Origin: a virus
IMG/VR virus record: IMGVR_UViG_3300028045_000005
DNA length: 37,051 bases
Reading direction: 5' to 3' (one strand)
Below the pieces are notes generated by a model, which was not told where the DNA came from, made no database searches, and worked only from the letters and a program-made list of their open reading frames with translations. Of the stretch, positions 20,857 to 28,223 are shown in pieces; position 1 is the stretch's first letter, and each line of letters starts with the position of its first letter. Position numbers and translations under genes: made by a program.

Positions 20857-21136
20857 AAACCCCGCCCTGCTAAAAGCCTACCGAGCTAAACCGTGTGAAA
20901 TATGCGGCTCAACTACTGCTGTGTCTGGGCACCACATAATTACTAAAGGTTCTAACGGTGGTCATTTAGATATTGAAGAAAACTTAATAGCATTATGCTT
21001 CCATCATCATAGGGCCATACACGACATTGATACGGTGGTTTTTTGTGAGTTGTTTCCTGTTGTGAATGGTATATTTATTAATAAAGGTTTTTTCCAGTGT
21101 GAGTTAACTGGGAAATGGAAGAAGGCAAAAGAATGA
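20846..21136 (+). CDS. Small HNH-family nuclease
   Basis: GTG start. CEICGS....GHHIITKGSNGG..D.EENLIALCFHHHRAIH is a Cys pair plus HNH-type His/Asn pattern. Confidence 0.6.
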   Translation: MIVKNPALLKAYRAKPCEICGSTTAVSGHHIITKGSNGGHLDIEENLIALCFHHHRAIHDIDTVVFCELFPVVNGIFINKGFFQCELTGKWKKAKE

Positions 21137-21369
21137 CCCCGTATGCAGAAGACCTGAAATATTTAAAAGAGTTAATAGAGTCGCAGAAAGGAGACACCTT
21201 CCACGTTGATAAGAAAATTCTTGGAAGCTTTGTCCAACACGCCATAAGAAATTCCACCCACCAAGACAGCCTTGTTCGCCAGATAGAGGGCATGGGCCAG
21301 ACAATTGAAGATTATAGGAAACTTATTGTAACCGCTTTGACAAGGAGTGAAAAATGCGAGCACTTTTAA
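21133..21369 (+). CDS. Hypothetical protein
   Basis: ATG 21133 forms an ATGA overlap with the HNH stop (the track start is 21115). 78 aa, no motif recognised. Confidence 0.4.
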   Translation: MTPYAEDLKYLKELIESQKGDTFHVDKKILGSFVQHAIRNSTHQDSLVRQIEGMGQTIEDYRKLIVTALTRSEKCEHF

Positions 21370-21896
21370 TACTAATTACATTTATTTGCATAGCTTTTAA
21401 TGCATTTAGTGCAGATAAAAGCTTCGATGTCTTGAGACCCGTTGATGAGCCGATATCTAAAGCTCTGGCCTGGGATGATCATGAGCTGCCAGCTAAACTA
21501 TCGGACTATGGATTATATGCATCTATTGCTATGCCATATGTTTATGTGGTTACTGAGAAAGAAGATAGGCTTAAAAGGTTTGGATCTATAGCGGCGACTC
21601 AATTTACGGCCATGCTTCTTTCAGACGTCGTAAAAATGAGATCCAAGAGAGTCAGGCCTAACGGGCAGGACGACCGGAGCTTCTTTAGTGGCCATTCGTC
21701 GATGTCTTTTGCCAGTTCGGGGCTTGTGTGTTTAATGGGGAACAAGTATCACTGCTATGGGTCGGTGGCGCTAGCAGGGGTTACGGCATATCTCAGGGTG
21801 GCAGCAAAGAAGCACTACGCTAGTGATATTTTAGTGGGGGCTGGGTTGGGTTATCTCAACGGGAGATACTACCCGAAGCTATTTATGAGGTTTTAA
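21354..21896 (+). CDS. PAP2-superfamily (type 2 phosphatidic acid phosphatase-like) lipid/acid phosphatase with signal peptide
   Basis: AAGGAG SD. N-terminal MRALLILITFICIAFNAFSA. All three PAP2 motifs are present: K-x6-RP (KMRSKRVRP), SGH (FFSGHSS) and R-x5-H-x3-D (RVAAKKHYASD). Several hydrophobic helices. Confidence 0.8.
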   Translation: MRALLILITFICIAFNAFSADKSFDVLRPVDEPISKALAWDDHELPAKLSDYGLYASIAMPYVYVVTEKEDRLKRFGSIAATQFTAMLLSDVVKMRSKRVRPNGQDDRSFFSGHSSMSFASSGLVCLMGNKYHCYGSVALAGVTAYLRVAAKKHYASDILVGAGLGYLNGRYYPKLFMRF

Positions 21897-22036
21897 TGAA
21901 AAAATTAAGGGTATATTTGCCTAACACTGAAAGCAAGCAATGGGTCTACACTAAGGTTGACGACAGTTGGCACGAAATGCTGAAACACCATGGAAAATAT
22001 GGACGGTTGAACTTCCCAAGGTCGGATTATGAATAA
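21896..22036 (+). CDS. Possible 46-aa ORF (below the ORF-track cutoff)
   Basis: Translated by hand as MKKLRVYLPNTESKQWVYTKVDDSWHEMLKHHGKYGRLNFPRSDYE. TAATG overlap with the PAP2 stop, and an 8-nt overlap with the next start. Confidence 0.35.
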   Translation: MKKLRVYLPNTESKQWVYTKVDDSWHEMLKHHGKYGRLNFPRSDYE

Positions 22037-22244
22037 CCTCGACCCTCAACTAGAAAGCTGGAAGGTTGAAAAGTCCCTCCAAGACCAAAACGAAGCTCTG
22101 AAGTTGGAAAACCTAGGGCTTAAATCTTACATTGTTACTTGTAATGATATGATAACTAACGATATTGGCGGGAAGGTTTTTAAGTTTGTGGCTTTTGTTT
22201 GTTGTGCGAGTTTGGTGCTTAATATTTATTTAATGGGGAAGTAG
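22029..22244 (+). CDS. Tail-anchored membrane protein (coiled coil plus C-terminal TM)
   Basis: 71 aa. The C-terminus reads FKFVAFVCCASLVLNIYLMGK. Confidence 0.45.
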   Translation: MNNLDPQLESWKVEKSLQDQNEALKLENLGLKSYIVTCNDMITNDIGGKVFKFVAFVCCASLVLNIYLMGK

Positions 22245-22789
22245 TGAAGTGGTTTACGAGTGATTTACATTTCGGTCACAAGAACATTTTGGAGTATTGC
22301 GATAGGCCATGTGAAGACTTGTACCAAATGCAGGAAATGCTCATATCAAATTGGAACTCAGTCGTTAAGCCAATCGATGATGTGTTCCATTTGGGAGACT
22401 TTTCATTCCTAAGACCCGCTGAAACCAGGGCCATATCAGCAAGCCTGAATGGCAACAAGCATGCTATATGGGGCAATCACGATTCAAGAAACAACCTTGT
22501 GTCGTGCGGTTTTACCTCTGTCTACCACTCGGCAAAACTCAAGCTGGCCAAAGATGTTTATGTCCATTTAAATCACTTCCCTTATTATGGCGATCACGAA
22601 GGCCTAGAGGATCGCTATGTTGAGCTTAGACCTAAAAGAACCGACACCAATTGGCTTCTCCATGGTCACGTGCACGACTGCTGGCAGGTAAAAGCCGAAG
22701 AAAAAATGATTAATGTTGGTTGTGATGTGTGGGGCTTTAAGCCTGTTTCTGCAGATAAAATTTTGGACATAATAAGAAAGTCGCGTTAG
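22244..22789 (+). CDS. Calcineurin-like metallophosphoesterase
   Basis: GTG start overlapping the TAG stop (TAGTG). SDLHFGH, GDF, GNHD, HGHVH motifs in canonical order. Confidence 0.8.
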   Translation: MKWFTSDLHFGHKNILEYCDRPCEDLYQMQEMLISNWNSVVKPIDDVFHLGDFSFLRPAETRAISASLNGNKHAIWGNHDSRNNLVSCGFTSVYHSAKLKLAKDVYVHLNHFPYYGDHEGLEDRYVELRPKRTDTNWLLHGHVHDCWQVKAEEKMINVGCDVWGFKPVSADKILDIIRKSR

Positions 22790-23064
22790 CGGCACTCGTC
22801 CTGACCCCAACGTCTCAACTCTTTTCCTGTAGGAGTGATATCTAGTGCCCATTCGTCTGCAGAGAATCCTAGAATATCGTCGCAGAATCTTTTTTCGCAT
22901 TTATAAAGCTCTTCTAGAGGTCCAGGGTTGTTCAAGTCATATGCCTGGCAGTAGCATTGATCAAACTTGAAGGACCACACCCGCCTTGTTACTTCTCTAA
23001 ATTCTGGAACCTGGCACCCGGCGAGGCTAAAGGCGACCAATGTGCTTGCGATAACCTTCTTCAT
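22786..23064 (-). CDS. Cys-rich lipoprotein (o-spanin candidate or Llp/Cor-type exclusion lipoprotein)
   Basis: 92 aa. Signal peptide with lipobox LAGC and six further Cys residues. Last gene of the late operon. Overlaps the upstream gene by 38 nt. Confidence 0.5.
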   Translation of the reverse strand: MKKVIASTLVAFSLAGCQVPEFREVTRRVWSFKFDQCYCQAYDLNNPGPLEELYKCEKRFCDDILGFSADEWALDITPTGKELRRWGQDECR

Positions 23065-23317
23065 TGCCTTCCTCCTTAGCCTCCATGACTCTTTTTAATA
23101 GTATTTTACCACGCGTTTTGTCATAAACAAGTAGGCCCTTTCTTATGGCCGTGTTAATGATTGGCTCTGCTATCATTTTAAAGGCTTTTTCTAGTATAAA
23201 AGTAATGATCCATGCTCTAAATCCTGCGGTTTTTCCAAGGATTTTAAGAAGAGCCGTAGTAACAATACGACTCTTTAAGAATTCTATGCCAGCTTCTTTG
23301 GCGGCTTTCCAATTCAT
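23027..23317 (-). CDS. Hypothetical amphipathic/membrane-associated protein in the lysis cassette
   Basis: 96 aa. The hydrophobic segment IVTTALLKILGKTAGFRAWIITFIL is interrupted by charges. The role (holin, i-spanin or other) is not resolved. Confidence 0.4.
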   Translation of the reverse strand: MNWKAAKEAGIEFLKSRIVTTALLKILGKTAGFRAWIITFILEKAFKMIAEPIINTAIRKGLLVYDKTRGKILLKRVMEAKEEGNEEGYRKHIGRL

Positions 23318-23553
23318 AGCGCTTTTAATGCAACCTTAAGCATGCCAAGTAAGGCATCATCAATTTCGCCTGGTATTAAAGCTGCTAGCTTATCCATAAA
23401 ATATTCTGGGTCAAGATCAAGATAAACACCGCCATCCAACCCCTTACCGTCGTATCCGAAAGAAAAACGCATTTTCCCGTCTTTGATTTCTAGGTCTAAT
23501 TCAGTTTCTTTGCTTATTTCTAGCTCAACTAATTTTTTTGCCTCTTCTGTCAT
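23314..23553 (-). CDS. Hypothetical acidic protein
   Basis: 79-aa ORF, strongly acidic. ATGA-type overlap with the downstream gene. Confidence 0.4.
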   Translation of the reverse strand: MTEEAKKLVELEISKETELDLEIKDGKMRFSFGYDGKGLDGGVYLDLDPEYFMDKLAALIPGEIDDALLGMLKVALKAL

Positions 23554-23556
23554 TTC

Positions 23557-23961
23557 CTATTCCTTGGTTAGATATTTTTCTTTCCACTTATCCACGTTGA
23601 ACACAGGACAAGCTTTTGAATGATTGAAATGATTATGACCGTATACGTCATCTTGAGTCAAGTCGAAGATGTCTAAAAAGGTTTGTACAAGCTTCGCTAG
23701 AGCTTCCATTTGCTTCTGTGAGAACATTTTGAGCCCCAACACGCAAATTCCTATGGACGAAAAGTTATGGCCCTTACAGTGGGCTCCAGCCTTTTTCATT
23801 GGACGTAGTATTTTAATTTCACCTTGGTAATCAATACCGAAATGGTAACCAATAGAATTCCATCCCCTATGATCCACATGGTCACGCTCCATAAGGTCGA
23901 AATTGTAGAATGATGCATCGCTAGCACTACAGTGTAATATGATTTTATTTATTGCTCTCAT
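23557..23961 (-). CDS. Endolysin, N-acetylmuramoyl-L-alanine amidase (T7 lysozyme / PGRP, Amidase_2 type)
   Basis: IILHCSAS, HRGWNSIGYHFGID..G, GAHCKGHNFSSIGICVLG, GHNHFNHSKACPVFNVDKW align block by block with T7 gp3.5. Confidence 0.9.
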   Translation of the reverse strand: MRAINKIILHCSASDASFYNFDLMERDHVDHRGWNSIGYHFGIDYQGEIKILRPMKKAGAHCKGHNFSSIGICVLGLKMFSQKQMEALAKLVQTFLDIFDLTQDDVYGHNHFNHSKACPVFNVDKWKEKYLTKE

Positions 23962-24139
23962 AACCTTTATATAACTTCCATACCATTTGTCGAATTTCTC
24001 TTATGTCGTTTCGCATTTCTATTTGTGTAAGCTGCGTTCTATTTGCAGTTTCTTTGGTTTGGAAGTTGGCATGAGCATAGGCGATAAGGGCGGCGGCTGA
24101 GGTAGCAATGAAAATAACGTATTGTATTTCTCTTTTCAT
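23945..24139 (-). CDS. Single-TM protein upstream of the endolysin (holin candidate)
   Basis: 64 aa. N-terminal TM YVIFIATSAAALIAYAHA followed by a charged tail. Overlaps the endolysin start by 17 nt. Confidence 0.4.
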   Translation of the reverse strand: MKREIQYVIFIATSAAALIAYAHANFQTKETANRTQLTQIEMRNDIREIRQMVWKLYKGYESNK

Positions 24140-24654
24140 AATCCCTTGGAGGCCTTAAGGACTAAATAATCTTTTATGGCCGTGTCTCTTTTGATATCTA
24201 ATTCAACTAAAACTTCCTTATAATAATCTCTTATTTTATCCGCAGCGTCTAAAGCATCGCCCTGCGTGAATGTTCCAATTGATTTAAGGGCAGTTAAGTT
24301 TTGGTTAATATATTTCTCTGAGGCAGTCATCTTGAGGTGATAAGACGCTGTAAATGCTAACAGAGATTCAAGTCTGGTTGTTCCAAAAACAGCTGCAGCA
24401 TCTGAGATTATAGTTGTGTCCATAGTTGAGTGCTGTGCTTTAACCGCCTTTTTATCTAGGTCTTCTACGACGGTTACGACATCAATTTCACCAGAATCAT
24501 CAACATCTATCTTAACTTCTCCTCTCGGTGAATCGGGTCCGTTAACTAAAATGTAATCTTGGTATGGATGATAGGCCGCATTTGTAGCACCTTTAATTTC
24601 TCTGCTAACAACAAGGCCATCTTCGTCTTTGGTTTCTTTTATAATCCACTTCAT
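24136..24654 (-). CDS. Hypothetical protein downstream of the large fibre gene (possible fibre assembly/accessory protein)
   Basis: 172 aa. Positional inference only. Confidence 0.4.
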   Translation of the reverse strand: MKWIIKETKDEDGLVVSREIKGATNAAYHPYQDYILVNGPDSPRGEVKIDVDDSGEIDVVTVVEDLDKKAVKAQHSTMDTTIISDAAAVFGTTRLESLLAFTASYHLKMTASEKYINQNLTALKSIGTFTQGDALDAADKIRDYYKEVLVELDIKRDTAIKDYLVLKASKGL

Positions 24655-27600
24655 TTATAGCTCCGGTACCCATCTACTTGAGGTTATTTTGATATCTATA
24701 TTGCCAGTACTAACTTGAACATTTTTGAGGTCTTGCGGAAAGATCCACGTTTGGGATATGGCCGACCTCGCTATTACATCAATTGAACTTGTCGAATATG
24801 TGCCTGCGTTCCCGTCACTGTGAATCGGATAATATAAATCGTCGTTATTAACAACTCCCGAGAATGTGATTGTTTTTGTTTCAAGCTTGTAGCCAGAGGC
24901 ATTTCTTTCGAACCACTTATTAGGTTCTAATGGTAATGGCTCGTAAGCAAGCGAACCACTTCTGAAAGAACTTGTAGAGCCTTGAGTGAATTTAATAGTG
25001 TGAAACCCGGGGAAACTTACATCTGTCACATTAGCATCAACGACTGTGCCCCTAGCTTTTTTAACATCAAAGCTTGTATCAGATACAATGGTAGTGATGA
25101 TAACTTCTTCCGTGTTTGTCCCGTCGTCCAGTATGGCCCTTTGACCCTCAACAAGCCCCCTTGTATCAGCAATGGTGAATGTGTCAGACGCTGAAAATGA
25201 GCAGGCAAGCTTAAACCTTTTTTGCCACAATCTCGCATTAGCTTCAATTGCAGTTGGCACCCCGCCGGCCTTAACACACACTCTTTGCGAATAAGCCGTA
25301 TAAGACCTGGTATCCAAGGTCGCTGTCACTGCTGTTTCGTGGCTGGTGAAACAAGCATCTTCTATACATGCTGACCTCATGAAGCCCATAAATTTAAGTG
25401 ACGATGCTGTCGTTCTGAGGCTTACAGTGCTGGCAAAATGCCAGGGATGCTTACCGAAATTAGAAGTGGACTCGGTGAAGTTTTCGAAGGCCGCTGAAAC
25501 ATCTATGCCGATATCCACCGGCATAACATCGCCTTCGCGATAACCTGATTCCTCAAGATATGAAGGAACCCTGTCAGCTGAATGCCTGTTAGGGGTAATT
25601 CTTTTTGTGTATAAAGGGTAACCCACACCCTGGCCGTTGTTGGCAACATCTGCGTTTATGTTTTTGTTTTCTTCTTCTTGGACATCATCAATCGTTATAA
25701 TACTGGTGTGCCCGAAAGTGTTGGCCGTAGCTTCATTATTTTTGAATCGGGCCTTATAAGTTCCCGCTGGAAGCCCAGTAAAAAAGAATATGTCGTAATT
25801 AGAATACCCAGGATTTTGAAAGGCTATTATATTTTGAACAAGATCAGTGCCTTCAACGATGGCGGCTGTGGAAAGGTACAAAGAAAGGTATTCAGACCTG
25901 TTTGTAAACCTGGACATTTTAAGCCCTATACCCCCACCGTCACCGGCCAAAGTAAAATCAACTTCTACATAAGCCCCTGTGGTTGTACTTGTTCTTGCAT
26001 AGTTGTTGAATGCGTCACCATCCAGGCCACCAGCCCAGGTTCCACTTTCTGTAATACTATTTATATTGTCACCAGAACCCGGGACATAAAGCGTTCCCGT
26101 GTTATGCGCATGTTCTGAAGCCCATAAACTTATTGGTGCTATGTCGATGGTTTTAATTATAGATTCTGTTAGTGTCAGTGACTCCCAGTTGGGCTTAGTA
26201 AAATATTGTCTGGCCCCTAAGAATACAAACCCTTGGTTGTTATTTGTTAGCTCAAAAGAAACCCTGTTTTCAGCTTGGACCCATATAGACCTAGTACCTC
26301 TAGGGAAAGATATGAAGCAAGACATTATTTTGCCTCTGACACTGGAAGTCGTGGGGGCCGTGCTTGCAGTTGCCTCAAGGTTCAGCGGGTAAACAGGCTG
26401 TTGGTTGTCCACGGTCACGCTTATAGCGCCTGCTTCGAATGACTGAACAAAGTGCAGTGCAATTCCAGAACAATCATGGTCTGGGTAAATGGCTATTGCA
26501 CCTTGGGTTGTTGAGTTAATATAAGCAGTCTTTGGTCCGAAACCTAACATCTCAGTCACAGCGTCAGCTTCTATGGCCGCGCTAGTTGAGGTATATGGGT
26601 ACTTAATCCGAGGGTCATTTGCTTCCATTAAAAACTTATCAGCCTCGAAAACTCTTTGGCACAAATGTTGTTTGGTAGTTGTGCCAACATACGAAAGGCT
26701 CGCACTCAGGTCAGCATCACCATAGCCAAGATCACCGTGAATCGAATTGGCCTGGTTAGCACCAGATGAAAACAAGAGCTCAAAGGAATCAACCTCTGGA
26801 CCATGCGCCATCACCATCCATCTTTGTGTTGTTTCGTCATACTTAGCTTTGTATCCGCCATTGTTAATTGCATGGGCCGTATTTAACGCCTCTTCTATTG
26901 CTGCTCCCAAAGGAAGTACGTCTGCAGAGTATAGACCATTTGTGATAGTGGCAGCGAAAGTGGACTGTGCCCCGCCGTTTTCCCCTACCTTGAAATCGAT
27001 TTTATTATTAGAAGCACTAACAACAATTGTACCAGCACCGATGTGATTTATATTAAGCTCCATTTGCGAATCACCAGGAGTCACGCTGTCTAGTGATCCC
27101 ATTGGAGTGAAGTCTGCGGTTGGTTGGGTCTGCCAAATAATTCCATCTAGTGAATGGGATTGTATAGAACTGTCTGTTTTAGATGTGTAAGAAAAGATAT
27201 GCTTAGCCCCATAAGGCGTAGTCATTTCACAAAGGCCTGATGCTGGAAAGTTCCAGTTGTTTTTAACGTCCAGACTTGTTACTGCAGATGAAAATGAAAT
27301 GGCCTCTTCTGGTTTAGTTTGAGTCATTGCAGGTGATAGACCATCAACAGCGGTAAGCGTTCCACCAGTGTTCATTTTGATTGCACCAGTATGGCCCCAA
27401 GAAAAACTTTTAGCAGGAGGGGAGAAACTTAGATCTGACTCACTGAATGATGCTGTTGTACCCCTCGCAGAACCCAGCCCTGCGGATATTTTAACAGCGT
27501 GGTCTATAGTGGGTGAGTCGGCCCTGTAACCAAATTCCACGCCTTCAAGCTTGAATACCTTCGAGGCAGAGTCAGTGTTTTTTATAGTTATGATATGCCT

Positions 27601-28215
27601 GTGTCCATCCAGCCCGAAATAATGCTCCTTATAGCCAGCAATTGATATAGTGCTGTTAGAATTAAAAGTGTTTGTTTGAGCAACATCATCTTCGTCAACT
27701 ATGCCAGTGTAGGTGACTATTGCAGTACCATCTATCTTCACGTCTACAGCATCGCAAGTCGTTGACGTGCCTTCGTAGATCAGTGAGAAATAATTTTCTC
27801 CCTCTTCTACAAAAAAAGACAATGAAGAATCCTTTGCCAGTTCTATGACTTGATCAAGGTATGCCTTACCAGTTGTTGATATTGCATAAACCCAAGTGGG
27901 GTCATTGCTTTCGTAGTGAACAAGCCTTCTTCTTATGTCGTGTGAACCAAATTCTGCGCCTTCTTTTAACGCTGAATTCGCAAGGTTTGATTGTGTTACG
28001 TGGAATCTTTTCTTGGTAAAAACGGCTTCATTCGTTTCACCGCCTGCAAGTATTTCACCCCTTGCACCCGCGTCACCCACGCTTCCACCACCACCACCGC
28101 CGCTGACAGAATCGAGGTATTCAATGTTTTGTCTAACTTTTTCGTCAAACAATTCTTGATCTATGGGTTCTTTTGCTAAAGTTTCACTGCCCGTAAAGGG
28201 ATATGGAAGCGTCAT
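24655..28215 (-). CDS. Large tail fibre / host-recognition protein
   Basis: 1186 aa. The fibre-type N-terminus (LPYPFTGSETLAKEPIDQELFDEKVRQNIEYL) is followed by a Gly6 hinge (SGGGGGGS). The remainder is long and Ser/Thr/Gly/Asn-rich. Position is distal to the tape measure and hub genes. Confidence 0.7.
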   Translation of the reverse strand: MTLPYPFTGSETLAKEPIDQELFDEKVRQNIEYLDSVSGGGGGGSVGDAGARGEILAGGETNEAVFTKKRFHVTQSNLANSALKEGAEFGSHDIRRRLVHYESNDPTWVYAISTTGKAYLDQVIELAKDSSLSFFVEEGENYFSLIYEGTSTTCDAVDVKIDGTAIVTYTGIVDEDDVAQTNTFNSNSTISIAGYKEHYFGLDGHRHIITIKNTDSASKVFKLEGVEFGYRADSPTIDHAVKISAGLGSARGTTASFSESDLSFSPPAKSFSWGHTGAIKMNTGGTLTAVDGLSPAMTQTKPEEAISFSSAVTSLDVKNNWNFPASGLCEMTTPYGAKHIFSYTSKTDSSIQSHSLDGIIWQTQPTADFTPMGSLDSVTPGDSQMELNINHIGAGTIVVSASNNKIDFKVGENGGAQSTFAATITNGLYSADVLPLGAAIEEALNTAHAINNGGYKAKYDETTQRWMVMAHGPEVDSFELLFSSGANQANSIHGDLGYGDADLSASLSYVGTTTKQHLCQRVFEADKFLMEANDPRIKYPYTSTSAAIEADAVTEMLGFGPKTAYINSTTQGAIAIYPDHDCSGIALHFVQSFEAGAISVTVDNQQPVYPLNLEATASTAPTTSSVRGKIMSCFISFPRGTRSIWVQAENRVSFELTNNNQGFVFLGARQYFTKPNWESLTLTESIIKTIDIAPISLWASEHAHNTGTLYVPGSGDNINSITESGTWAGGLDGDAFNNYARTSTTTGAYVEVDFTLAGDGGGIGLKMSRFTNRSEYLSLYLSTAAIVEGTDLVQNIIAFQNPGYSNYDIFFFTGLPAGTYKARFKNNEATANTFGHTSIITIDDVQEEENKNINADVANNGQGVGYPLYTKRITPNRHSADRVPSYLEESGYREGDVMPVDIGIDVSAAFENFTESTSNFGKHPWHFASTVSLRTTASSLKFMGFMRSACIEDACFTSHETAVTATLDTRSYTAYSQRVCVKAGGVPTAIEANARLWQKRFKLACSFSASDTFTIADTRGLVEGQRAILDDGTNTEEVIITTIVSDTSFDVKKARGTVVDANVTDVSFPGFHTIKFTQGSTSSFRSGSLAYEPLPLEPNKWFERNASGYKLETKTITFSGVVNNDDLYYPIHSDGNAGTYSTSSIDVIARSAISQTWIFPQDLKNVQVSTGNIDIKITSSRWVPEL

Positions 28216-28223
28216 ATATACCT

